NCBI GenBank assembly: GCA_000165425.1 | Contig: CT868045.1 | Location: 124,001 to 188,000, forward strand | DNA: 64,000 nucleotides | Source of the DNA: Paramecium tetraurelia | Taxonomy: Eukaryota | Reading direction: 5' to 3' | In this document: piece after piece, positions 15,487 through 27,304 of the stretch | Layout: every line of letters begins with the position of its first letter | Position numbering within the stretch: the stretch's first letter is position 1 | Notes under the pieces: generated by a model | What the model was told of the DNA's origin: nothing | Database searches by the model: none | Seen by the model: the letters and a program-made list of their open reading frames with translations, nothing else | Translations under genes and position numbers: made by a program

Positions 15487-16255
15487 TCATTATTTTGCCT
15501 TGATATCTAGTATTTATTAAAACTTGGATTCTTTTGGTTTTCCATATTTTTATTCGAATTCTTTGGATTTTAGTCTTTATGCATCCTCTAATTTTTATTA
15601 TAAAAATTATTAAGATGACTTACTCTATTGCATCCTACCCATTAGCAACGTTTCTTGTTGTTCCAAATAGTTCATTAAATTTTCTTAATCCATCATAGAT
15701 TTAGATAACTGATGTTTAACTTTTTTTTACTCCTCTTCAAATTTCTTAACTCTGTCGTCCCAATATAATTAATAATTATATTTCGATTAAAATTCATCCA
15801 ATTAGACTTTGTTTCTGTTTGTTCTCCTTTCCTAATACATCTATTGCTTCTGCTCTTCGATCGATTTTTAGTGAATACTACTAATCTTCTTCATCTATTT
15901 GGCTTGTTCCTCTCGTTCCCTATCAACCTGAGCCTTGGCTGTTTTGATTGCCTTGTTGAGTTAATATCTCTTGATTAAGTTTTCCTCTTTTTTTCTTTGC
16001 TCACTACCTGGATTATAAAGAGACTCCTTAGCTGATTTTAGCTTTAATAATCCTTGATATTAAAAATACTTCATCTACAATGTCATCATGAATCTTTTTC
16101 TTCTTATACACAATCTCTAATTTCTTGTTTGGAGGTTTCAATAGTTATTATTATTTAATGAGCATATTGACCCTCCCCATCAATTGCTCTATTTATCTCT
16201 GCTACTCCACATTCTATTACTTTAATGCCAAAATTGTAGGGTCCTAATAATTCAT
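15487..16255 (-). CDS. Hypothetical Gln/Glu/Lys-rich coiled-coil protein
   Basis: MNYQDPTILALKQQNVEQQRQIEQLMGRV..., tiny intron ~16033-16070, ends KAKQ-TGA. Confidence 0.65.
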
Positions 16256-16538
16256 ATATAAAATAAAAATTAATTACTCATCTTTTTGCAATTGTTATAG
16301 CAATTCAATATATTGTTTATCGAAATTATCTGGCTACTCTTTTTTTATTTCAATTTACAAAGAACGCACAACTCAAGGTTAATTTTTTTATTCGGTTTTT
16401 TTGCATTCTTCATTTAAGCCTTGATGTTATGTATGAAAAGCAGTTATGAAGCGATTAAAACTATCGAATTTAATAATAATTAGAGCTCAATAAGTTGATA
16501 AGTTTCTTGTGTGATTTAATTTATAGATTAAATTAAAA

Positions 16539-17819
16539 ATGCTAAAGGTCAATTCCAAATCTAGGACAACCCTAGCAAGCACTCCATAATCTACAGCGGA
16601 AAGTAATCGATAGAATCTCTTAATTTGGGATCAGATGTTTGGAAATTTTAACAATCCTCTTAAATCTAAAAATCAGGCATAGAGATTGGCCGCATAAAAA
16701 TATTAATTGATGAACGATCCAATATGTACTTCATCTCCTTTGCATAAGCCAAACCCATTTTCGTTTAATGAAAAGCTAAGATAAGGTTTTCGAGAATATT
16801 TATGCGGGGAACGTTCTGCTCTCAACTTAGTTAATGAATGCAATCACTTGAATAGAAAGGAAGCCAAGTTAAAAAGTAGGATAAAACTAATTAAAAGAGC
16901 CAATATGTTCGCAAATTAGTTGTAAATTGGAAACAAATACAAGTCACTACATTAACAAGGACTTACAGATGAAGAAATTGAGAAAAAAGTGAGGGTCTTT
17001 TAAAGATTTGAGAAGATTAAGAAACTAGTTTAAAAGAATTCTCAGACAGAACCGAACGAAGAAAACAACCTTAGAGATGTGTAACTTTTTAGACAACTTT
17101 ATGAGGTGAGTGAAGAGAACAAAAATAAAATAAAGCAAAGAAATCTATTAACTGAGAGAGCTGATGGGTAGCGTGAATTTAATAATGTAAAATACAAAAC
17201 TCATGGGTAATTAAGAGTTAAAAAAGTGGAATAATAAAGAGGCAATACTGTTAGTTGCGAAAAGAAATCATTTATTAAGTAAAAGGTTCGAGATGCTATT
17301 AATGAACAATTGAGAGGATTTTTAAAGGAGCGATAATAAAAGGAGAAGGATATTTTGAACAAAGCCAAAAGGAAAATGCTTATGAAGAATAATCAGTATC
17401 AAGGGTTTTAAAAGGAGAAATATATTTTGAATGATCCTCTCAGTAAGGATGTTAAATTATACGCTTATATGTTTATGAAGAACAAAGACAAAGGAGCAAG
17501 AACAGACATATCAGAGAGAATGTGCAATACTTCCAGAAATGAGGAGAAACCAAAACATTTCATAAAGAACTTCAACAATGAATTAACATCTCGCAATGTA
17601 AGCATGTCTAATGATTCATCTCTTAATTCTATGCTAGAAATCAATATAGACAATATGTATAGAACAAGCAATACTATATAAAGTTAAATTCTTTAAAGCG
17701 ATGCTGAAAAATTCGTCAGAAGGATTAAACAATTTTAAAAAGTCTAATAACTCAATTTTGAAATCATCAAAGTGAACCAACAGAAACTTTCAAGTGAACG
17801 AAAGTCCATTCTGTTTTGA
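16539..17819 (+). CDS. Hypothetical basic coiled-coil protein
   Basis: MLKVNSKSRTTLAST..., 23-nt intron ~16726-16748, ends RKSILF-TGA. Confidence 0.65.
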
Positions 17820-18044
17820 TTATAATATATATATCGATTATATTTATCTATTGCGAATCTTAGAGTAATTGGATCCACTCAAAATTTGAAATAAGAAATG
17901 TTGATCTCTTCGTTGAATTGAATAAATGCCAATGGATTTGATATTTCGATTAAATTTAAAAAAGATTTCATAAGTTGATAATACAACCAATTTATTATTG
18001 CAAATCAATAATTGCATAAATTTAATTATTCATAGAAACCAATT

Positions 18045-19114
18045 TCATCTTTACAAAAACCGTTCTAACATCGCTTTTATCATCTCATCCATTTAAGTGT
18101 GATATGATATGGCTCTATTGCCTATTTGAGTAGCTTATTCATATTATTTTTCACCTATTTCAAATAGGTAATTATCATATGGCAATTCCATCACTTCTTT
18201 CCAAACTGTGAAGTGCAATTCTAAGGATATGATGAGGATTACATTCTAATCTTCGCAAGAGAGCAACGTATTAATCCTTAGCGTTGACATGAGTATTTTT
18301 GGATTCGGTAAAGAAGAGTTCCTTATCCAATAAATCAAAAGAAGATTCAAGTTAATCATTCATCATTTTGATGAGATATTCAGATATTATGCTTCGCATT
18401 AAACTAACTAATTGGATAGATTCTTATTTCTTATTTGGATTTTATTTTTCTCTGAAGAGTTTGTCAACACTCTTCATAAAGAAATCCACCTCTTAACTTT
18501 ACATCTATTTGAAAGAGCCTATCATAATCTTTGACTCCAATAACTCCAATGTCTTGTATATGTCTTACTCGTCATTCGATTCCAATACTAATTTAAATGA
18601 TTAATTTTAATATACCTTCCTAGATCTTTTAATGGAGATAGTTGAACTCTTCGAATCTTTTACTTATGTCTTCTGGCTATTAGTGTTTTAGCTTGGCCAG
18701 CTCTTTGATATCACCTTCGATTAATTTTTCCTAAATTTAATTATAAATTTACTTTATCTGCAATTATTCGTTTTATCTTTTCTATGACTTCCGGAAATGT
18801 TTCCCTCAAAAACTATTTTATCTCTTCTTTCTCATTTTTGCTGCTTGTCTATTGCTACTTGAAGGATTTGATAAACTAGATTATGACTTTGGCAATACTT
18901 CTTGATAATGCTCCTTGTAAATTGTAAGGCTTTCGGCTTCAAATTCAAGATTGCCCTTTTATATCATCTCCAACTTCTCCAAAGCTGTATAGTATTCCAA
19001 TTAGGATAGGAATTCCTTTATCCCATTCATCTTGTTATACAAGTCCATCAAGTGCTACTCCTGTTTATGCACATATGCAAATGCATTAATTGATAGTAGT
19101 ATAATTAATAACAT
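18045..19114 (-). CDS. Hypothetical secreted helical protein
   Basis: Signal peptide MLLIILLSINAFAY; tiny introns; ends AMLERFLQR-TGA. Confidence 0.6.
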
Positions 19115-19122
19115 ATTTAATA

Positions 19123-19862
19123 ATGAATAAAGAAGGTCCTGGTTTCTTGTATAAAGTATATTCTATTTTAGAGGTATCTCATTCAACCTATTCAAGCATT
19201 CAGATTACGACGATATCGTGAGTTGGAATGACAATGGAGACGGATTTCAAGTGAAAGACATCAATATTTTTCAGAATGACATCTTGCCCAATTACTTTAA
19301 ACACTCCAATTTCGCCTCTTTTGTTAGACAGGTAACACTGATTTACAAGATTATAAGTTGAATATGTATGATTTTCATAAGACAGAGAAGAATTCCTTTA
19401 AACATAAATTGTTCAAAAGAAATTAGAAGTAAAAATATTTTAAAGACAATAAAGAGAGTTGCTTCCCTAAATTAAAAGAAAAGTCAATGATTAAATCATC
19501 ATACTGCCAAACATCGAATAAATTAATCAAGACTTGTCTATGTTAACGTTGAGAAACTAAGAGTTGGAGTCTCTGTTTACCTACATCATTCAACAAAGTG
19601 ATAAATTAAAAAAGGAGAATGCCTTTTTATGGTAAGAATTAATTAAGATAAAGTAATACTTATTCAGATTTACTTATCTAGATAAAAAAACGATCACTAA
19701 TAAGAAAAACTATTCGATTGGCTCACCAATAACATCACTGCAGAGTCTCTCTTTAAAATTCTAGAAAAAAGCATTACTAAAAGGGATCTCATTAAATTGG
19801 TAACGAGAGTCTTTGGACAAGATCAGCAAAATAAAAAAATCAAAAAAGACTATATCATTTGA
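19123..19862 (+). CDS. Heat-shock-factor family transcription factor (HSF DNA-binding domain plus heptad repeat)
   Basis: [49 protein letters not shown]; introns e.g. 19174-19196. Confidence 0.92.
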
Positions 19863-19886
19863 ATTATCTTATCATTATGACATATT

Positions 19887-20245
19887 TCAAAATACTGAGC
19901 ATGAAGTTATTCTTATGCCTGGTGGTGAAGCAGGCATATAAACTACAATTTTAACATTCTTTGTTTTATCCCCATTTTTCAACTAAGCTGAAATATAATA
20001 ATTGCTTCCATTCACAATCTGCTATTCCACATTCAATACCTTATCCCATGAATATCCAGAAGTCCCCCCACAAGATGCTAATTACTATCTAAACAATTAG
20101 AACTTTGAAAATTTTGTTTTGCAAATGCTATTGCCTATCCCAATCCTTGATCATTTGAATCTGGCTTGAATTTACCTCCTGCCATCGGTCTATGTTCTCG
20201 GCAAAAAATGCTTGATAACACTATTAATAATATCAATAATTTCAT
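19887..20245 (-). CDS. Secreted cystatin-like cysteine protease inhibitor (~110 aa)
   Basis: Signal peptide, N-terminal MAGG, QxVxG motif (EQQIVNGSNYYI), C-terminal VVYMP; one 26-nt intron. Confidence 0.75.
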
Positions 20246-21162
20246 TAATTATAATAATAATTTATTAATTGAATGTTTTTATAATCTTAATTCCTCTATT
20301 TGAAAAGTCACTTATCTAATACTTTTTATTAATATAAGTAATACAAACATAAGATGATTTTAATCAAGAATATACTTTTATCATCAAACTAAATTATTGA
20401 TTTATTAATCTGAAAGCAAATTTAGTCTTATTTTTTAGGTCATATTGTACTTATACTAATACCCTTATTGAAAAACAAAAGCCAGCATTTCTAAGAGAAA
20501 ATTATAATTTATAATCAAAAAATTAATTATTTAAGGATATCTTATGAAACAAGTTAAATAATTGATATTGCTTTTATAATATTAATTTATATGAATGTAT
20601 GATGATTTTCGAAATGGAAACTGTTATTAAAATATATTAATTTTATAAGTATGAATTAAAGCAAAATTATCCAATTTTTAAATTTAGATAAAGAAATGGC
20701 GTTTCTAGTAACTTTTTAATCCGAAATTCAAATAAATTCAAATTCTTTTAGATCTAAGGTTTTGGAATTATTTTAATTATTATAATAAAGCATGTTTTTC
20801 TTAGTAAATAGTGGTTATTTTCTATCTTTTAAGTAAATGATTGATTTAAGGCTCACATAATATTTGCCCTATGATCAGATATTAAAAATAAGCTATTTCT
20901 TCTAAAAAGACTAGTAGAATGTTCTCTAACTAAAGCATCCACTATTAACTCTATAATTTATTTACAATAACTAACATTTTTATATATTACCTGCCAAAAT
21001 AAAATTTTAATTGAAATATTAATGATAATTTAATATCATTTATATGATATGTACGATGTATTAATATCATAATTTTAGATTGAATCTAAGATCTACGTTA
21101 ATATTTTGAATTATTTATTTATTTCATGAATTAATTATTTAGTAGTAATATGATTAATATTT

Positions 21163-23043
21163 TCATTTTTTACTTATTATTTATATATTAGACTTAAGAT
21201 GGGCTGATGAGCTAGACCCTCTTTTAATTTCCATAGGTCTCCAAGACGTCTACTGATGGAGAGAACTCTATCCTTTTTTTTGAAAATTCAAGGTCGACAG
21301 CATATTTAGGACCTATAATATAGATTGAAAATATATACTTAATTTTTATCGAATGCTGGTCTGTCTGATAAAACTGATGTATAGGTTGGTTGCTTTTCCT
21401 AATTTCTATTTTAAGGTTTATCTCTGATTAAATTCTAGAACGACTTGCGTAGTAAGGAAAGAGGCATAATGTTTTAAGGAGTTAAGGACATTTTTTGACT
21501 AAATTTCTTTTGTTTTTCAATATCCTATAAATTTAATTTTAGATTCTTTTTTTTATTAATTATTTTATTGTTATTACTATTAGAATTAATATTTTAATTA
21601 GTGTTGCTTTATTTTCTCAATTATAGTAATTTTAAGTCAATTATGTGATCACTCTATACTCTTAATTTTGGTTTGAATTAAAACACATCTTTTAATGATT
21701 CATTAACGAAATTAAAAAAATCAAAGAGATCATCACAACTATTTAATTCTCCAGCATCATTTTTTTAATTTAAATGGCTAACATCCATTTACAAAAACTC
21801 TTCATGTATATTCGTGTCTTTCAAATTAAAAGATATGGGCATTTCTTTAATTGATTAAGTCTAAATAGCAGACCAATCAATAGAAGTAAACCAAGGATTT
21901 TTTTTGAGAGTATTAAAATCATGAATTCTCTTATTAAAGTCCTTTTCTAGCAAATTCTAGAGTAGATAAAGCACATCAGGACTTAGCTCATCTGAAAATG
22001 TGATCTCTTCATTTTGAATCTTATAGAAGATCTCTTCTGTATTTTAAGAGTAATGAGGAGGTATCCCAAGAAGTAATTCATAAAGCAAGCAACCCAAGGT
22101 GTAGAAATCAGCTGGATAGGAGTAACCTTGTCGATTGACCACTTCAGGTGGCATATACTCAGGTGATCCACAAAAACTATTTGCCAGTTGGTCATCCTTC
22201 AAATCAAGTTTAGAGAGTCCAAAATCTGTGAGTTTAATATGACCCTTAAGATCAATTAAGATATTCTCAGGCTAATATTTAAAATTGGATATGTTACTTT
22301 AAGATCTCTATATAAGATGTTATGTTGATGCAAGTCTTCTAAAGCACAAATAACTTCACTTATATATAGTCTTGCCTCCTCATCTGAGAAGCGATAATGT
22401 TGAAGATGATAAAACATTTCACCTCCAGGTAAATATTCCATTAGAAAACAGAGATGATCTTTGATTGCGAAGGTTGCATACAATGGGATTACAAATTTAG
22501 ATTGATTCAATACTTAGGATAAGATTTTCTTCTCTCTCAGAACTTGCTCCAAGCGTCTGCAATCAGTTATGTATTGTTTCTTTATCATTTTAAGTGCAAA
22601 CAATCGACCGGATGCACAATGTCGAACCAAATAAACTTCAGATGTTCCTCCTCTTCCTATGCAATTTTCAAATTTGAAATCTCTTAGACTCAATGTTGAT
22701 TTAGGTTATGGTTTTCCGTAGACTGCAATTAAATTTTCTTATTTAATCTTATCAATTGATAGTTAGGCTCATTTATCATTGGAATGCTTACCTCTTTCAT
22801 TGGGAATTGACAGTAGGTAATCTAAGGTGATAGAGTGAGAAGCTGTTCTTAATGCCACAATCTATTAAGCATTAGGTGTTTCAGGATGTTGATATAACTA
22901 TTAAATTAAAATAATATATTGACTTTGTTCATCAACTCAGCAGCATTCTTTTCAATAGAAATCTCGATGCTCACTTGTTTATTCTAACAACTAACAATCA
23001 CATTGATATTTTTTAAGGATAGATTTCGTTTATGATCTAACAT
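21163..23043 (-). CDS. AGC-group Ser/Thr protein kinase
   Basis: IGRGGTSEVYLV, FALK, YRDLKPENIL, TDFGLSK, SFCGSPEYMPPE; 3' end less certain. Confidence 0.88.
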
Positions 23044-23123
23044 ATTTGAACAATCAATTATAATTAATAGTATTTTATTTGTTTAAAGTGAAATTCAAAT
23101 AATGATGAGCTAATTAACAATAT

Positions 23124-24448
23124 TCACAAATCAATTTTCACAAAATCAGGCAATGACTCTCCTATATTTTTGAATTTGAGATCTCCACTAATCAACTTTT
23201 CCAAACTTCCCTCTAAAATAATTGTTAAGTAATCAAAATACTTATGGCTTCAAATGTCATCTCCCCATCATGAACAGCAAATCGCTTTCTTTTAGCTGGA
23301 TTCAATAACACAATTTTTGATTCTCCTTAGAATTCTAATGTTGAACCCCACTAAAATAATTATACCCAATTAAAATTACTTTCGATTCTGTCTTTGCATC
23401 TAGCCACATAAACTTGAAAACTGTTCCTCTGTTGATATTTCTCTCATATAATGCGTTCAACCTCTTCAATGCATCTACCAAACTGTTGTCTCTAATGAAA
23501 TGTTAAATAAACAAATTACGGTTTATCTCCATTGTTCAATAAGATTACACAAATCGCACTATCAATCTTTAAACAGATATCATTTGCAGATCTTTGATGT
23601 AATTGAGGAACAACTTGCATCATCCATTCCTTTGTCGCAGCACTATCAGCAGATGATCCACCTCCTGGGACAAAGACTTCGCTGTGAACATTCAGGAAAT
23701 CAAACATAGGCTTAAACTTATATTCTCCTGTATATGGAAATGGTTTTTTTTCATGAGTCTTTACAAGTACCATCTTAGGGAATTCTTTGATATTGTATTT
23801 ATCTAGCAAAGCCTATTCAGTTGATCTCACTATACCAAACGATAATTTTTTCTATTTGACATTTAATAAATAGACATACCTCAAATTCGACGCTCAATCC
23901 CTTGTAAACAAGTGGGAATCCTTTCTTCTCACTAAATAACAACACTTTGGGAACTGTGGGGTTTTCATTTATAAATGTGTTGATGTTAGCCTCATTAATC
24001 TCGATAGCATTGTTGTGGATGTATTTTGAAGCCAACTTCAGGATTCCATCAATTTCAAGAGGACCCTCGTAATCAATGGCAGGAACAGGATATGGAGGAT
24101 ATACTCTAAATGTAGGATATTTAGAGACACTCTCTTTCTAACAAATCCTTTCAGCTTCGTCGCAATCACATGAGGCTATTCTGAAAATGCCTTTATATTC
24201 ATTTGTAAATTTATCATATTTTGTTGCAAATGATTTACTTTCCCCATCTAACGCATCAAATTCACATATATACCTGAGAATTTGTAGAAATGAACTATTG
24301 TAACATATTTTGTTGTTTGTCTTATTTTGTTAATCTATTTCTCAAAATTTATTTCATTCACAGGTGTGACATATGACTTTTTTACATCATACAGTTATTT
24401 TGCTAAGGTGCAGGAGAGTAAAATGAAAACCAAAAAGCTTGTCTTCAT
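23124..24448 (-). CDS. ER thioredoxin-fold/PDI-like protein lacking the CxxC active site
   Basis: Signal peptide; VTPVNEINFEKQI..IVHFYKFSDGES..IASCDCDEAERICQKESVSKYPTFRVY; C-terminus KIDL. Confidence 0.8.
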
Positions 24449-25147
24449 TTATTTTTTATTTTATTAATTCCACGTAAGAATAAAATTTTAATCTTAAAAG
24501 AACATTCTATCAGAAAATTTGTAATATAAATACGAAATATTATATTATAATTTTTCACTATCAGTAGTTGTGTATAAAACTGTATTTATGAAGATATTCC
24601 ATAATTCAACTTACAACCTCTCCTGTTAATTTAGTTTAAACTATAAATTCGTTAAGTAATAATCAATTCTACTTTAAACAAACTCAACAAATTGTTCTAA
24701 GGAACTTTATGTTCTTCAAATTTAGGAGACAAATTCTAATTTACAAATTCATGTAAAAAGTAAAAGAGAACCATTTAAATTCCACTTAGCCTAAATCTTC
24801 AATATATTTTTGGATCAAACTATATTAATTCTTTTTAAGTGCAGTAAAGATTCGCATTAATTATTATAAAATGGCAAATAAAATATTGAGTTTCAAATAA
24901 GATTGTTAAATCTCAAATATCCAGAGAATGAATGAACAGACACTTTTATCATTTGTTTTCTAAGCATGAATATATTTATATTTAAATAATCTTTTATTTA
25001 TTTGGGAGATAGCATAAGTAATGAATGGAAAAATTTTAATTAGGAAAATGAAAATAAATGAAATTAGTATGTTAAATTCTTATTGGCAATCTTGTATAAT
25101 TTGAATTAGATCAAATCCAGTTAATTCAATTTATTGTTATTAATAAA

Positions 25148-25984
25148 ATGAATAAATCATCGCTTCAGTCACCAATCAAATAATAACATCGAAAGATTAT
25201 TTCTTAACAGTAAGGCAGCAGGCCATTCCGATTCTTGGATAGATTGTAGCTGTTCACAAAGCATAGGATACCACTTATTGAGGAGACTCCATAACGAAGT
25301 GAGCGATAATCAAGAAGATTGAAAAAGTACTATTCGGCAACGATGAGAAATTCTAGCTGCAATTGTGTGAATTGTGGTAAGAACAATTCATTTATACAAA
25401 AGACTTTTCAATTATTTCCCTTCGAAAGCAAGTATGTTGAATTAATTTTATACATCTTAGTTTCAATCGAAGAAAGAGACTCTACAGGAGGTTCAGGAAG
25501 TACGTTCATTGTGTGCAGTTCATCATTCGATACAAGATTGTATAAAAAATACGAGACCGACAAAGGAATAAAATGAAGAAGGCAATCAACTAGAATGTTC
25601 ACATACACAAGCCTTCTGCTGTAGCCAATTTGCTTGCGGAAGGAATTAAGTAATTTTTATGAGTTGGAGTAAAGGTAATTGAGACAATAACACCATGTTG
25701 AAGTTTTGAATGAACATGATTCTGACGAGGAGTTCTATCATTTTAAACCCAAGATGCTTCAAAATCGTAAGTCCTTTGCTCATTTCCTCTCATCTCCCAA
25801 GGGATAAAAAAAGTTGGAACGAGTCTACTATGTCAAATAAGCCAATAGACCCATTAGTTAATACATTGCCAATCGCTCAAAGCCGTCTACTACCCAATGT
25901 TCTCCCAAATCTATCTTGCCTTAACTGAGTTCATTATATGATTTCAAAAACTCAATCTCGGTCAGACATATGAAAAAATTCTGA
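25148..25984 (+). CDS. Hypothetical basic protein with CNCVNCG motif
   Basis: MNKSSLQSPIK..., two tiny introns, ends HMKKF-TGA. Confidence 0.6.
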
Positions 25985-26055
25985 TTACAACATTTATTTT
26001 TTTAATTATACCCATAGAATAGTTCCCATAATTTAAATATTAATAAATATATCCC

Positions 26056-26741
26056 ATGAGAACATACATCGATTAATCCTAACGCAGACTCCTAGACGAT
26101 AACTTCAATTTGAAATCGTTTCGTTCTCAAGCCAAAGACAAGTGGAATTTGAGTTTGACGAGTGATTTGAATTAATCGTCTTTCAATTCTGTGAGGTAAG
26201 AACTACCTCTTATGAAAGAAAGGAGAATCGTTAAGGAGTGCCATCCTTCGACAATTTGCAAGTAAGGATTCGGGACTTATCTTAATCGCGTCAGACAACT
26301 TTAAATTATAATTCTAACGATAATTTTACTCCCTAGAAGAATCTTTACTCTCCTCATAAAGCCTATGGGATGAGATAAATGTAATCTGCATTTAGCCAAT
26401 ATATTCAGAATTTAAACCACCTTGGGATAGAATACAATGACTAATTCAAATGAAAAGCAACCTCAAAATTCGAAATCTCAATCTTCTCAATAGAAGCTAT
26501 TTTAAAGGCCGAGTGATCCTCTATAATTGCCATTGAAAGGGTCATCTAGAAAACAAGGAAGACTTTTGTCTGATGCAGTACAATTAAATGAAATCGTGGC
26601 ATTGCGAAATAGGATTGAGTCATCAGTAGTTAGTAGATCATCATTGACTTCGACGTACACAATTACATTCATAAATCTAGTTATATAAGTGAGTTAGTGA
26701 AATTGGCCTAATCCATCACCACATCTCTAAAACAAGAATGA
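26056..26741 (+). CDS. Hypothetical protein
   Basis: MRTYIDQSQRRLLDDNF...; last exon YISELVKLAQSITTSLKQE-TGA; internal splice not resolved. Confidence 0.55.
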
Positions 26742-26812
26742 GTGATGTGAATTTCATATGGATTCTTTTCATATGAAATAATTATATATAATATAGGGAA
26801 TATTCAATCTTG

Positions 26813-27277
26813 TCATATCTCGTATTCTTCCCAGGAGTTTTCTTCCTCCAGAATTTCTTCCACTGGTCTTGGATCCTCATAAAACAACTCTTCCCATGTC
26901 ATAGCATATCTATATTTATCTACACAAATGTATCTCATTCCAATACCTTTCAATGCGTCCTGCAACAACTTCTTTCTGCTTCTCTCCAATGTTGGTTTGT
27001 ACCAAACTCCATATCCCCCAATTTCTATATAGCATTACTATGACAATTACACCTCTTATTGACTTCTGCCTATGCTACAAGTTCAGCCTCCGAAAATTGT
27101 CTTTGTTTATAATAAGCCCACTTTCCAAAGAAATAATATCTGCCCCCATAGAATGCTGTAAATGCAACTCCTCCCAAGACAATAAACTTGATGATATTGT
27201 GACAAATGTACAGGTCTGATTCTTCTCAACCACCATGCATTGGTTTCCCAGACAAAGTTTGTCCACTAATAAACCAT
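26813..27277 (-). CDS. Small single-TM aromatic-rich protein (~127 aa), candidate mitochondrial inner-membrane subunit
   Basis: MVYQWTNFVWETNAWWLRRIRPFIVLGGVAFTAFYGGRYYFFGKWAYYKQR...EENSWEEYEI after removing 2-3 tiny introns. Confidence 0.7.
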
Positions 27278-27304
27278 TTTTATATTAATAATAATAATAT
27301 ATTA

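Noticed and set aside
20250..21160. Long AT-rich gaps (also ~7780-8350, 11850-12588, 24450-25147, 35710-36680) as hidden genes or elements
   Set aside because: Extremely low GC, and no convincing ORF, terminal repeats or motifs were seen
26751..26779. 10-bp inverted repeat ATTTCATATG..CATATGAAAT between convergent genes
   Set aside because: An AT-rich stem of this length is expected by chance, and hairpin terminators are not a Pol II mechanism
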